From: Octopus sinensis
Lineage: Eukaryota
DNA length: 64,000 nucleotides
NCBI RefSeq assembly: GCF_006345805.1
Contig: NC_043018.1
Span: 8,432,001-8,496,000 of the forward strand
Reading direction: 5' to 3'
The position numbers and the translations under genes were made by a program. Position 1 is the first letter of the stretch. Every line of letters begins with the position of its first letter. The notes beneath the pieces are model-generated. The model was not told where the DNA came from. It saw only the letters and a list, made by a program, of their open reading frames with translations, and searched no databases. Shown here piece by piece: positions 1-13,344 of the stretch.

Positions 1-69
1 TGATGACGACGATGATGACAATAATGATTTCCTACAATGGTACAAGACCATACAACTTAAGCTACTTCC

Positions 70-500
70 TTGGGCACAGATACATTGAAACTCCGACGTC
101 TGGCAGCTGACTTGGCAGACACCCATAAAATTATCAACCATCTTACAAACAATAACTCTGAGCACCTTTTCAAACTCCACCCGTCTAACACCCGTGGACA
201 TATTTACAAAGTCAGAAAACAGCACAGCTCCCATGACTTTAGGAAACATTTTTTCACGCTGAGAGTTGCTGAAGCATGGAACAAACTGCCGGCATCAGTT
301 GTTAGTTTTCGGAGCACTGCATCCTTCAAAACTTCCATGCTTCCTGTGATTCGCCAACACTACACACACAAGCATATATCTGACTCATACATTGTTCACT
401 TCCCAGACATTTGTACATTACTGCATATGCTTTATATGCACTTTTGGCAAGTTGTGGTGCACCTGAGCACTGCATACAATAATTTCATTATTATTATAAC
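70..500 (+). mobile_element. CR1/L2-group LINE 3' fragment (C-terminal end of RT ORF)
   Basis: Translation HLFKLHPSNTRGHIYKVRKQHSSHDFRKHFFTLRVAEAWNKLP matches the TRGHxxKL...RxxFFxxRVxxxWNxLP C-terminal motif of CR1/L2 ORF2; ends in a short (ATT)n tail. Confidence 0.8.
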
Positions 501-1360
501 ACACTTGCCCAAAGTAGAACTGAACTTGAAACCAAATGGTTGTGAAGCAAACCTCTTAATCACACAGCCATGGCTGCATATACGTGTGTGTGTGTGTCTG
601 TGTGTGTGTCTGTGTAGTTTAGCTTGTCTTGCTATGTTAAGTAGCTACCTGACTTAGAGATAAGAATCTTGTAAAGATAAAAATAGCACTGTTAAAATAA
701 AAATAAAATACGAGGCAAAAATAGAATCAAATGTCTAATTTGAGAGAAAATGCAAAAGGGATTGACAGGCGCTCTGTTAATTAATCAGTAACATGGCTAA
801 TTGGTAAGTGATAGGCATGTTATCCAGATCTTGTTAGTGGGTTGGGTCTTTGGAGTTTCTTTTTGTTTCATTCTTTTACTTGTTTCACTCATTAGACTGC
901 GGCCATGCTGGGGCACCTCCTTGAAAGATTTTAGTCGAATGGATTGACCCCAGTAGTAATATTTTCTTTCTGAATCTGGTACTTATTCTATCAGTCGCTT
1001 TTGCTGAACCACTAAGCTACAGGGTCGTAAACAAACCAACACCAGTTGTCGCGGTTGTCAAATGATGGGGACAAAGACATCAGCCCACCGCCGGCACGTA
1101 AAAAGCACTATCTGAATGTGATCAATGCCAGGCCCACCTGACTGGTTCCTGTGCCAGTGGCATGTAAACAGCACCTCTTGGAGTGGCTGACGTTAGGAAG
1201 AGCATCCAGCTGTAGAAACTTTGCCAGATCAGATTGGCACCTGGTGCAGCTGCTGGCTTTCCAAACCTCAGTCAACTGTCCAACCCATGCCAGCATAGAA
1301 AACGGACATTAAACGATGATGATGGTGATGATATATATATATATATACTCTTTTTACTCT

Positions 1361-1770
1361 GTTTTACTCTTTTACTTGTTTCAGTCATTTGACTGCGGTC
1401 ATGCGGGAGCACCGCCTTTACTCGATCAAATCGACACCGGGACTTATTCTTTGTAAGCCCAGTACTTATTCTATCGGTCTCTTTTGCCGAACCGCTAAGT
1501 GGCGGGGACGTTAACACACCAGCATCGGTTGTCAAACAATGTTAGAGGGACAAACACAGACACACAAACATATACACACACATACATATATATATATACA
1601 TATATACGACAGGCTTCTTTCAGTTTCCGTCAACCAAATCCACTCACAGGGCTTTGGTCGGCCCAAGGCTATAGCAGAAAACACTTGCCCAAGATGCCAC
1701 GCAGTGGGACTGAACCCGGTACCATGTGGTTGGTAGGCAAGCTACTTACCACACAGCCACTCCTGCGCCT
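1361..1770 (-). mobile_element. SINE family A (tRNA-like head, conserved central domain, internal (TA/CA)n tract, 3' body)
   Basis: Reverse complement of gcaggagtggctgtgtggtaag...ggttcagtcccactgcgtggc (A/B-box-like), followed by the body ending ccagcatggccgcagtcaaatgactgaaacaagtaaaaga; many near-identical copies in the window. Confidence 0.9.
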
Positions 1771-2062
1771 ATATATGCTGAACTTCTTTCAGTTTCCCTC
1801 TCCCAAACTCACTCATATGGAGGTGTATATACTCGTAGTCAGGGTAACCTTTTTTTTTGAGAAGTGGAGGGCATGGGGCATGGCTCATCACGAAGCAGGT
1901 AGCATAACTAAATTTTCCATTGGTGTGTGCCAATCAGAAAGTGTTGCGGGCCTCAGTTTGCTCACGGCTGCTCTAACTGGTTCACTACAACAGCAGCAAG
2001 AGCACCACCACCACGTTGCTGAATTACACAACGGCACACAACAACAACAGGTCGTAACTTAC

Positions 2063-2200
2063 CGTCACAAACGTCGAACACAACATGGCAAACGATGGGG
2101 GAGGGGTGGAAGAGAGGGGGGGTTGAGAGTGGGGGGGGGGGCAGCGGCAAGAGAGGAAATAGCGTTGGTTGTTGTGGCCTGGCGATGAAAAGTTTAGAAT
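2063..2200 (-). CDS. Candidate exon, possibly carrying a start codon (MLCSTFVT)
   Basis: Minus strand shows a pyrimidine tract plus cacacAG acceptor at 2201-2202, gccATG at 2086-2084, and donor ACG|GTAAGT at 2062. Non-repetitive, CpG-containing context. No homology recognised. Confidence 0.3.
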
Positions 2201-2345
2201 CTGTGTGAAAAGATGTAGAATAGAAAGAAGAGGGGAGGAAGAGGATGAGGAAGGGGAGGAGAGAAGGCTAGTTTTGTTTTGTCCTTATGTAACAGATGCA
2301 ACACTACAACAATACGATAACACACAGACATACATACAAATATAC

Positions 2346-2381
<36 letters not shown>

Positions 2382-2582
2382 TGCACATATACACACACAC
2401 ATATTTATATGTCACTTAGCAGTTCGGCAAAAAGAGACCGATAGAATAAGTACTGGGCTTACAAAGAATAAGTCCCAGGGTCAATTTGCTCGACTAAAGG
2501 TGGTGCTCCAGCATGGCCGCAGTCAAATGACTGAAACAAGTAAAAGAGTAAAGAGTAAAAGAGTATATATATATATATATAT

Positions 2583-2620
<38 letters not shown>

Positions 2621-2894
2621 GTAGGTTTATGTGTGTGTGTGTATGTATATATATATATAGGATCTTTTCCTTTTGAACGGCACTTTGTAACATAATTTCT
2701 AGGTAACTAAAAAGTTTTAAACTTCGTATACTGGTAGAATGTGTTTATAAAATATATATATATATGTTTGTGTGTGTGTATTGCTTTGACATGTGTATGA
2801 ATAGAGAGAGGGCAAAGACAAACAGACAGAGAAAGAGAATTGTGTTAGTTCACAAGAACTCAACCACAATCTAATCAAAATAAAGAACATAAAG

Positions 2895-2929
<35 letters not shown>

Positions 2930-3210
2930 CACACACACATGCACACACACAACACACACACATGCACGCATACATAAACTCACACAATGTGAAGGCTTAT
3001 GTTAATTGCACAAACGTATACATTCACAGATACAAAGACATAGGTATTTAAACGTAATCGCATACTGATGCCGTCTTAAACACACACATAAACCTACGTG
3101 TCTATCCATTTATCAATCCATCCATCTCCGTATACATGCATTTTAACACACACATTCATGTGCAGAAACCTAGCTACACATGTACCTATATGTATGTCCA
3201 GCCATTCACA

Positions 3211-3251
<41 letters not shown>

Positions 3252-3382
3252 CTCTCTTCTGTCTCCACACACACAATCACACACACAGATAAAACAATAT
3301 GTCAGATGTACAAATGGAAATGTGTTCTTTTCTTAGATATGATCTGCAACCCCAGTCGTAAAGATTACAAATTTAATTCATC

Positions 3383-4200
3383 ATCATCATCATCATCATC
3401 GTTTAACGTCCGCTTTCCATGCCTGCATGGGTTGGACGGTTCAACCGGGGTCTGGGAAGCCAGGAGGCTGCACCAGGCTCCAGTCTGATCTGGCAGAGTT
3501 TCTACAGCTGGATGCTCTTCCTAACACCAACAACTCCGTGAGTGTAGTGGGTGCTTTTTACGTGTCAGGCGAGGCTGGCAACGGCCCACGATCGGTTGGT
3601 GCTTTTTACGTGCTTGGTTTCTATGGCTGGGTTGCTTTCCTAACCCCAACCACGCCACAGGGTGTAATGGATGCCTTTTATGTGTCACCAGCACGGATGC
3701 CTTTTATGAGTCGCCTTTACATGTCATCAGCACAGGTGCCTTCTATGTGTCACTGGCACAGATGACTCTCACGTGTCACTGGCACAGGTGCCTTCTATGT
3801 GTCACTGGCACAGGTGACTCTCACGTGTCACTTGCATGGGTGCTTTTAATGTGTTACTGACACGGATGCCTTTTTACATGTCACCAGCACAGGTGTCTTT
3901 TATGTGTCACTGGCACAGGTGTCTTTTATGTGCCACTGGCACAGGTGTCTTTTATGTGCCACTGGCACAGGTGTCTCTCACATCTCGCTGGCATGGGTAC
4001 CTTTTACATGCCACCAACACTGACCACAGCTGTGATTTCACTTAGCTTGACATGTCTTCTCAAGAACAGAAAATCACCAAAGGTCTCCATCACTTCTCAT
4101 CACCTCCATGGGACTCAACATCTGAAGATCGTGTTTCACCACCTCATCCCATGTCTTCCTGGGTCTACCTTTTCCACAGGTTCCCTCCACAGCTGTCCTA
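3383..4200 (-). mobile_element. RTE-clade LINE 3' end (ORF end plus modular 3' UTR plus (GAT)n tail) with a 26-bp minisatellite expansion
   Basis: Minus translation EGTCGKGRPRKTWDEVVKHDLQML...LEKTCQAK*; the UTR ends ggaaagcggacgttaaacgatgatga; ggcacaggtg...tgtcact repeats at about 3740-3980. Confidence 0.8.
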
Positions 4201-4218
4201 TGTTTTCATGTAAAGATA

Positions 4219-4615
4219 TCTTTATATATAAAAGTGAAGTTCTGTGTCTGTCTCCTACGATTTAGATTCCTAACTACTCCCACATTTTGCGGTGCAGTTT
4301 AACCAAAAGCGGGTATCTCATAGTCGTGATTCATATCGAGCCCTTCTGGGTATTAGCGTGCGTCTACGATGAGTCTACGATTTAAAAAAAATTTACCATC
4401 ATTTTTTTCCATTTTAATGCATTTTTTCGCTATTATATAAGGGAAGTAACTCTCTAAAAATGTCTACGATGAGTCAACGATTTAAAAAAAAATTTACCAT
4501 AATTTTTTTCCCATTTTTAATGCATTTTTTTGCTATTTTTTGGCTATAACTCTCTAAAAATGCTTATATAGTTATTTCCCTTACAAACCCGAGCAACGCC
4601 GGGCGATACTGCTAG
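4219..4615 (+). mobile_element. Non-autonomous Helitron-like element
   Basis: 5' TC after A, 3' hairpin cccgagcaacgccggg then CTAG followed by T; internal duplication; 3' end shared with 23863-24243 and 26377-26743. Confidence 0.8.
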
Positions 4616-5648
4616 TAATCTATAATATCTATTAGACATTTAGTGAATTCATTTATGTTACATATTATACATAGGTGCAGGTGTGGCTGTGTGGTAAGAA
4701 GTTTCCTTCCCAACCACATGATTCTGAGTTCAGTCCCATTGTGTGGCATCTTGAGCGAATGTTTTCTAATATAGCTTTTACATTTAATGTTCTTTTTATT
4801 TGTTGTCCATGACACTCAGGGTACAATCTCAAATAAGTATTACAAAATGTAAGCAATGCACTCCCCATTACGATATGAGACCATAGAGGGCCATAAGGGA
4901 CCAAGAACTGATGTTTGGTAATGTTTCAAGGTATAACTAAAAAAAATTTACAGAGAAGATACTGCTGGTTTGGACACAAGAGCTGACATCAAATTATTGT
5001 CAAGATTTGATCAAAGCCATGCCTGACCACTTTGCTGCCGTTGTAGGTAAACACACCAAGAACTGAACATTATAATATTGACATTTGTGGTTTTGTAAAC
5101 TGTTTTCTGGTTATCTGTTTATTCTGTTATAAAATATATTCCTTGTTTCTCATCTACATCATCAGTTCTAGTCGTTACTGTTTTTCATCATCAACATCGT
5201 CATCATTATTTTAATGTCTGCTCTTTGAAGCTTACATGAGTCAGACAAAATTCATCAGAGTAGACTTTCTACAGCTGGACGCTCTTGTCATCAAACCTCT
5301 CCTGTTTTCGAGCAAAGTAATATTTCCCCTCCTTGTCCTTTGAACACAAACAACACAAAGGCCAAAAAAAAGCACCCACTACACTCTCAGAGTGGTTGGC
5401 GTTAGGAAGGGCATCCAGCTGTAGAAACTCTGCCAGATCAAGATTGAAGCCTGGTGCAGCCATCTGGTTCGCCAGCCCTCAGTCATTCGTCCAACTCATG
5501 CTAGCATGGAAAGCAGACGTTAAACGATGATGATGATGATGATAATGATGAATGTAAACAAACGTCACTGCTTGTGTGGCAGTAATGTTTACATGATGTC
5601 AAGACAAGGAGATGCTTGATTGGCTCCTGCGCTAGTGGCATGTGAAAT

Positions 5649-5958
5649 GTGGAGGCATATGGCCTAGTGGTTAGAGCAGTGGACTCGTGGTCAAGGGATC
5701 GCGGGTTCAAATTTCAGACCGGGCGATGTGTGTGTTTATAAGCGAAACACCTAAGCTACACACAGCTCCGGCAGAAGGTAATGGCGAACTTCTGCTGACT
5801 CTTTCGCCACAAACTTTCTCTCACTCTTTCCTCCTGCATCTTGCAGCTCACCTGCGACTGACCGGCGTCCCGTCCAGGTGGGGAACCAATATGCCAAGGA
5901 AACCGGGGAAACCGGCCCTTATGAGCCAGGCATGGCTCGAGAAGGAACAAACAAAAAA
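5649..5958 (+). mobile_element. SINE family C (tRNA head, CORE/V-like central region)
   Basis: Head ggcatatggcctagtggttagagc...gggttcaaat; central gcgactgaccggcgtcccgtccagg; related copies at 30474-30725 and 46775-47170. Confidence 0.75.
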
Positions 5959-6361
5959 ATGAAATGCATATGTAACATGGTTTAACAAAGTTTGTTGTCC
6001 AGTTTAATGTTGAGCTGTTCACTTTTCCTAACAAGCCATTATTTGTTAGGATACAGAAAAAGTCCTACAATACTTTTGCCATTTTAAGTGGAAAGAAGTC
6101 GAAGATAAAGGGAATATGACAAAACTTAGATAAATTGTTAGCTAGGTAGCTAGCTAGCTACAAAGCTAGATAGCAAGGTAGCTAGACAGATATATGTTAT
6201 ATTAGATACAGGTATATTAATTACATACACAGGCATATTCTGATGCGAAGAAACACCTAAGCCTAAATCTTTGGAGAAGAACAGATAGATTCTGGCAGTC
6301 AGGCATACTAATTCACACACACAAACAAACATATACAAACACACAAACATATATATATACT

Positions 6362-6408
<47 letters not shown>

Positions 6409-6689
6409 ATACATACATACAGAGACTCCCCATACATCTAGTTATCCATTTATTTAAATATACATATGTGTATGTATGTATGTATGTATGTATGTGTGTG
6501 TATATGTGTGTGTGTATGTGTGTGTGTGTGTGTGTGCTTGTGCATATACACATACAGGCACACACACACATATCTACACACACACACATACACACACACA
6601 CACACACACGTATGGATATACGTATGGATATACGTATGTACATACATACATCATTTGTTAGACATATCTGAGCAAGCCTACAAAGGTTT

Positions 6690-7340
6690 ATAGGCCAGCT
6701 AGAAAAGAGTGGGAGAGGGGGGAGGTGACAGAGGGAGAGGAGAAGCAGCAGAGGGAGAGGAGAAGCAGGAGTGTGCAAGAAAGTGAAATAGAGGGAGAGA
6801 CTCAGGAAGAGTGTGGAGGGAAGCATATTTGTGTGTGTGTCTGCATATGTATGTAAGAGCAAAAAGGCGAGAGTGAGATGGAGAGATAGACTAGAGGGAG
6901 AGGCAGAGAAAGAGGAAGAGGAACAGGAGTGGAGGTAGAAGTATAGAGAGACAGCAGGAGGAGAGGAAGTAGATGGATGAGAAAGAATTGTGGAGGGAAA
7001 GAAGAAAAAGAGAATAAGAGGAGCAGAGAAAGTGAGAGGGAGAGAGAGTGAGAATGAGTGGAAGAGATAGAAAGGGAGGAGGAGAGAACAAAGAGATAAA
7101 GAAAGAGAGAGAGAGAGAGAGATTGAATGATAGAGAAAGGCAGATAAAACAAACGAAATGGAATGAGAGATGCAAACAAAAAAAATAGAGTGGAGGTGGA
7201 GCAGAGAATGAGAGAGGAGAGAGAGACTGAAAGGCAGAGAAGGTTGGAAAGCAAGGGAGAGAGAGAGAAGATATATATATATATATATATACAGAGAGAG
7301 AGAAGGGATGGAGGAGAGAGAGAGAGAGATAAAGAGATAT
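6690..7340 (+). repeat. Long purine-rich (GA/GGA) low-complexity tract flanked by CA/TA microsatellites
   Basis: About 650 bp almost exclusively A and G on the + strand; source of the spurious 573-aa minus ORF. Confidence 0.9.
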
Positions 7341-7576
7341 TTGTGAAAGTGTGTCAAGGGCTTACAAAACGTCAGCTTGGGTGCCATATCTACAGCTAGA
7401 CATCTGTAATGATGGTGGTATTGGTGGTGGTGGTGGTGGTGGTTGTGGGAGATGATGTGGCAGGTACAGTAAGCAGCATGCATACATACAATATTACACA
7501 CCACACACACACCCCACAAACAAACACACACACACACACAAATAGATAGATACATATGTGTGTATGTATGCATATG

Positions 7577-7610
<34 letters not shown>

Positions 7611-7759
7611 GATACTATAAGATTAATACCCACATTGAATTGATATATATAAATATATACATGTGTGTGTGCGTACATATAAATATATACATACATACAC
7701 ACATATATATTGAGATAGATAGATACATAGATATATACATACACACAACACATGTATAT

Positions 7760-8230
7760 ACATACATACACTTTGAAGATTTCTTTGAGCTGTGCATCTA
7801 GTATAAAGAAACTCTTAAGTAGGCTCAAAACTAGAAGAGAGGCAACAGTCTGCTCATGCAGAGGTAAAACCACTTGCCCATTAAATAGCCATTGTAACAG
7901 AGACACTGTTGTGTACGATGCAGAGATCATGTTAAATAATCCCAGTGGAGCAACAAACACACAGAAATATGTAAGTATAACAGAGAGTCCTCTCAGAACT
8001 AGACTCAAAAACAACCATATGAGAGGCAAAATGTCACAACTCTATCAAGGTATGTATGGACATTGAAAGAAAATGCTGTGCACCATGATATCAAATGAAA
8101 GACACTTGAAATATGCAAACCTTACTTTAATGGCAATTGAAGATGCAGACACTGTTTGGCTGAGAAATGAACTTTTCGCTATCTAAGTACCTACCTAAAT
8201 AGTACAAGTAAGGTTTTTTGTGCTCCTGTC
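7760..8230 (+). mobile_element. Penelope-like element remnant, GIY-YIG endonuclease region
   Basis: CSCRGKTTCPLNSHC..VVYDAEI..KYVSITESPLRTRLKNNH, then (frameshifted) TTLSRYVWTLKE..DIK*K..CKPY..CRHCLAEK, matching the CxCRxxxxCPL..VVY..YIGxTE..LSKYIWxLK..CxLCLxEK pattern; contains stops. Confidence 0.8.
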
Positions 8231-9023
8231 CTCATGAATATAGATATGAGTGACATAAACATTTTCCTCTCTTCATACACATAAAGATAAATATGTTCAT
8301 ACATATAAATATTGTGTGTGTGTGATACATAGTTAGACAGAGAGAGAGAGAGAGAAAAGGAAATAACATAACAAACGTCTGATATCAAATAAACATTGTA
8401 TTAGTGATGCTAAGTAAGCAATACCAAATGGCTGTGCCAAAACATCTACCAATCTATCAAAATATTTCATAAAGAAACAAGAAACCAATTTTCTCTGAAA
8501 TTTCTACTGCATGGTTATAGCCCATTGTTTCCAAATGAATTCTCTGTGAATTATATTTTGTAATGGCTGTCTATGTTTAGTCATGTCAAAAGACTAGTTA
8601 AAAATGACATGCAATATGGGATAATAATGAAAAAAAATGCCAGGATAACTGAAAGTAGACGACATGAAACACAAGAAGAAAATGGAAGGAAGACTAAAAT
8701 AAATCCTGTCGTTTTTGATGAGTTCTGCACTGCTATATAGCACATAGGTATTGAGATGTAATTATCTTTGTGTGAAGTAGATTACACTACAGGTCTTGTG
8801 TCTCTGTGAGAGAAGGAAAAGGGATTTGTTTAACCAGTTTCTAGTCTTTTTAGACCCTCATCAGTGAAAAAGTGTCCATTTTATCTCCTCAATAGAGAGA
8901 TTACTAGGTTATAACTGAATAGTGTATTAATAATTAATAAATGCCCTTTGTCAGTACATGTGCTATAATGCAAATTTGACCAATTTAACAACACACACAC
9001 ATACATACATACACAAACATACT

Positions 9024-9345
9024 CTTTTACTTGTTTCAGGCATTTGACTGCGGCCATCGACCCCGGGACTTATTCTTTGTAAGCCCAATACTTATTCTAT
9101 CGGTCTCTTTTGCCAAACCGCTAAGTGATGGGGACAAAAACACACCAGCATCGGTTGTCAAGCAATGCTAGGGGGACAAACACACACACACACACACATA
9201 TATACATATACATATATACGAAGAGCTTCTTTCAGTTTCCGTCTACCAAATCCACTCACAAGGCTTTGGTCGGCCCGAGGCTACAGTAGAAGACACTTGC
9301 CCAAGGTATCACGCAGTGGGACTGACCACACAGCCACTCCTGCGC
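9024..9345 (-). mobile_element. SINE family A copy
   Basis: Body and head match the family A consensus; head internally deleted. Confidence 0.85.
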
Positions 9346-9809
9346 CTATACATATATAAGTATATATAAACACATGTACATGTATGTGTGTTTGAGTGTA
9401 TCCACACACACACACACAAATATCACCATACCTAATGTATCAAATTCTTACGATATTTTCTTGCTGAAATAATGCAATCATACAAAAATACCCGCGCACG
9501 GATATACACACAGGGGGGGAAGGGGGGGTAATAAATGAAATGCTAAGGGACTATAGCTGAGAGGAAATGTGATAGGGACAAGAGCGCTCTCTCTCTTCAT
9601 GGGGGTCACAGGACTTTCTAGTAGCGATGTCTATCTAGACGTCTACATCTTATGTTTGTGTATATAAAGGTATTTATCAAGAGCGATCTACTTGTGACCA
9701 CCCCGTTTAATATAATGGTGAGTACATCATCGAATATAGTCACCGTTGTACCAATAAAAACAACTGGATTTCAGATGGCACGGAGAGATTAAGTTACTAG
9801 TTGTAGCAG

Positions 9810-9983
9810 ACATACATTTATATATACATACATACATACATACATAGATTCATATATACATGCATACAAACATATACATGTTTGTATGAATGTATGTACA
9901 TATGTAATGAATGTATGCAATGCATGTATGTATGTATTATGAATGCATATATGTATGTATGCATGCACGTGTGTACGTGTATG

Positions 9984-10056
<73 letters not shown>

Positions 10057-10440
10057 GTATATGTATGTATGTAAGCATATATACATGCATATATACATAT
10101 GTATATATATATATATATGTATATATACATAATGCATTTATATATACATATATATGCATATATACATACATATATGTACATAGATATATATATATATATA
10201 TATATGTATGCATATATACATACATATATGTACATACCTACATATATATGTATATACATATGCATATATGGGTGTATATGCGTACATACATACATATACA
10301 CACATGTATACATACATAAATGCATGCATACGTACATACATACATACATACACACATACATACATACATATATACATGCATACATACATGCATACATACA
10401 TACATGCATACATACACACATGCATACATACATACACACC
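9810..10440. repeat. Compound (TA)n/(CATA)n microsatellite field
   Basis: About 630 bp of TA, CATA and TATG repeats. Confidence 0.95.
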
Positions 10441-10884
10441 AAAACATTCGCAATTACAGAAACGCACATGCAAGTACAACCACACCCACACCCATCGGGC
10501 AGGCGGGTGGGCCACGCGGTCGTTGATTGGACGGTTGCTGACACACCCGACTCTCAAAGTAAAGAGAAACCTGAAGCATCTGTGATATTTCGAGATGTAA
10601 ATATGCACAAGCAGCAGAGGTAACAACAACAGCAACAACAACAACAGTAGTAGTAGTAGTGGTGGTAGTAGTAGCAGTAGTAGTAGTTACAGTAGTAGTA
10701 GTAGTAGTAGTACCACCACCAACGGCGGCGGTGGAGTTGGTGGCTGCGGAGATCGTCGGCAAGCCAATTGCAGATTGATGATGACGATGATGACGATGGC
10801 AAATATCGATGTTTATAAACGTTGGGTCAAGTTAAGTTAATGGGGGGGGGGGACGTTAGTTTGGCTGATTATTTATTTATTCTG

Positions 10885-11295
10885 CTTTTACTTGTCTCAG
10901 GCATGTGACTGCGGCCATGCTGGAGCACCGCCTTTTAGTCGAGCAAATCGATCCCCCACCAGGACTTATTATTCTTTGTAAGCCTAGTACTTATTCTTTC
11001 GGTCTCTTTTTGCTGAACCGCTAAGTTACGGGGACGTAAACACTCCAGCATCGGTTGTCAAGCGATGTTGGGGGGGGGGGTACAAACACAGACACAAACA
11101 CACACACACACACACATATATGTATATAAGGGCCGAAGGGCTTCTTTTCAGTTTCCGTCTACCAAATCCACTCACAAGGCTTTGGTCGGCCTGAAGCTAT
11201 AATAGAAGACACTTGCCCAAGGTGCCACGCAATGGGACTGAACCTGAAACCATGTGGTTCGTAAGCAAGCTACTTACCACACAGCCACTCCTACG
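10885..11295 (-). mobile_element. SINE family A copy (full length)
   Basis: Head, CA/TA tract and body all present. Confidence 0.9.
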
Positions 11296-13344
11296 ATTGA
11301 TGATGATGATAACGATGATAGCCGTGGTGGTGATGATGAAGATGATGATGATGGTGAGGGTGATGATGTCGATGACTATATATATATATAGTTCAAACCA
11401 CGACCATCTTGTCTTTTTCTTCAGAGATACTCATCCTATTTATTGTGTTACTCAAAACTTCACGATCCAACTTGTTCTTCTCTAAACCGTTGGAATGTGA
11501 GCTGAAGGGGGTTTGACTGCTGTTTTTAGTTGTTCGGGCGGCCACGTAGTAGTTCTTTCCTTTGTTCGTCATGATAGCATTATTGATGTTGGTGATGATG
11601 ATGATGCTGACGTCGATGTTAATTACGTCAAAAGAAGTGAATGGTTAAAGTGTGCTCTGAGGGAGAATTAGCTGCTATTTTTAGCTGAAAGTCTGAATGT
11701 TTGGAGTGTGTGTGTCGGTGGTGAAGATGCGGTTACTAAAGTACTCCTAGTTTAGTGGAAAGAATGAGGGAGCATGGTTTATAGAGGTGAGTCTTGTTAA
11801 AGTTATAATGTAAGAGAAAGAGAGAAAGAAAGAGTGAGGGAGTGTGTGAGTGAAGGCCAAGAGCCTGAATGGAGGCAGCTGTTTGCGTGTATGTGTGTGT
11901 GTGTGTGTCCCACTCATCAAGTTATGTCGGTCCGTCAGTGCGGAGAGATACTCTTTGAGAGAATGTCTATCGACCTACATCCTACGGCGAGCACTTGCAA
12001 CGTGAGACAGGGAACACGTGTAAAGGTCTAACGGTAAACAAACATCCCAGCGCTTTAAGCCTCCCCACATCCCGCTTTAGTTTATAATAGGAAAATACGC
12101 AAACGAAGGCTAGCCCGATATTAAAGAGATATTTCGTCACTGAGAGTGCACAACGACTCAAGAGGTAAACGGGGCTATGACTATGATAACATCTTGCTTT
12201 CGTTCAGACATTTGACTGCGGCCATGCTGGAGCACCGACTTGAAGGGTTTTTATTCGAACAAATCGACCTCGAGACTTATTCTCTTAAAACCTAGTACTT
12301 ATTCTATCGGTCCTTTTTTAACGAACCACCAACCACTAAGCTACAAGGACATAAACACACCAACAACGGTTGGGTAGACCACTACTAGACACCGGGACAC
12401 TCATGCTATAAATCAATGTGGTAGTTCATATAGTGAACTAGAATATATATGTGTGTGTAGCTATCTATCTATCTATCTATCTATCTACATACATACACAC
12501 ACACACACATACATACATATATGAAATAAAGGATAAAATCGTTAAAAATTTTAGCAGTGGCCAGCATATAAAATAGACCTATTAAGATGAATTTATATAG
12601 AGATCTATAATAGTATAAAATACAATTTATATATATATATATATATTCTTTTATTTGATTCAGTCATTTGACTATGGCCATGCTGGAACACCGACTTTAG
12701 TCGAACAAATCGATCCCAGGTCTTATTCTTTGTAAACCTAGTACTTATTCTATCTGTCTCTTTCGCCGAACCGCTAAGTTGCGGGGACGTAAACACACCA
12801 ACATCGGTTGTCAAGCGATCGTAGGGACACACACACATATATTTATGTACCACGGGTTTCTTTCAGTTTCCGTCTATCAAATCTACTCACAAGGCTTTGG
12901 TCAACCCGAGGCTATACATTTACCCAAGGTGGTTAGAAATTAGGGGAAAAAAGGCATAATATACAACAAAATCAGATGACTTGAGCAAAAGAAAATATGG
13001 CGCGAAACGGTCGGCTTTGGTAGGCAAAGCAAGGCTGGACTTCAGATATATCACATGGAGATAAACACTTGGACGCAGGATTGGTCGAATGGTCAAAAAA
13101 TATTCGCTTCGCAATCTGAGTAATCGGGTTCGATGCTAGTGCATGGCATCTTTGACAAATGTCTGTAGGCCCGGGTTGCTGCAAGCCTTGTGAGTGAAAT
13201 GGGTTGGTCGGAAACTGTTGGAGCCCGTAGAGTAGTCTGTGGAATATTCAGCAGGGTACACAAGTGTGTGTGTGTGTGTGTGTGAGTTTCATCCTTGTTT
13301 ATGTGTACGTGTGTATATGCAATATGTATATGTGATAGTGTTTA

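Noticed and set aside
1499-2188. 229-aa ORF as a real protein
   Set aside because: Its first half is an antisense SINE A; the same peptide recurs at every SINE copy.
6308-8029. 573-aa minus-strand ORF and the many similar YI/CV/TH/SL-rich ORFs
   Set aside because: These are translations of TA, CA and GA microsatellites that happen to lack stops.
10454-10820. Coding exon in the Ser/Asn/Gly or Thr/Val triplet-rich segment
   Set aside because: Trinucleotide repeats keep several frames open; no convincing splice or start context and no recognisable domain.
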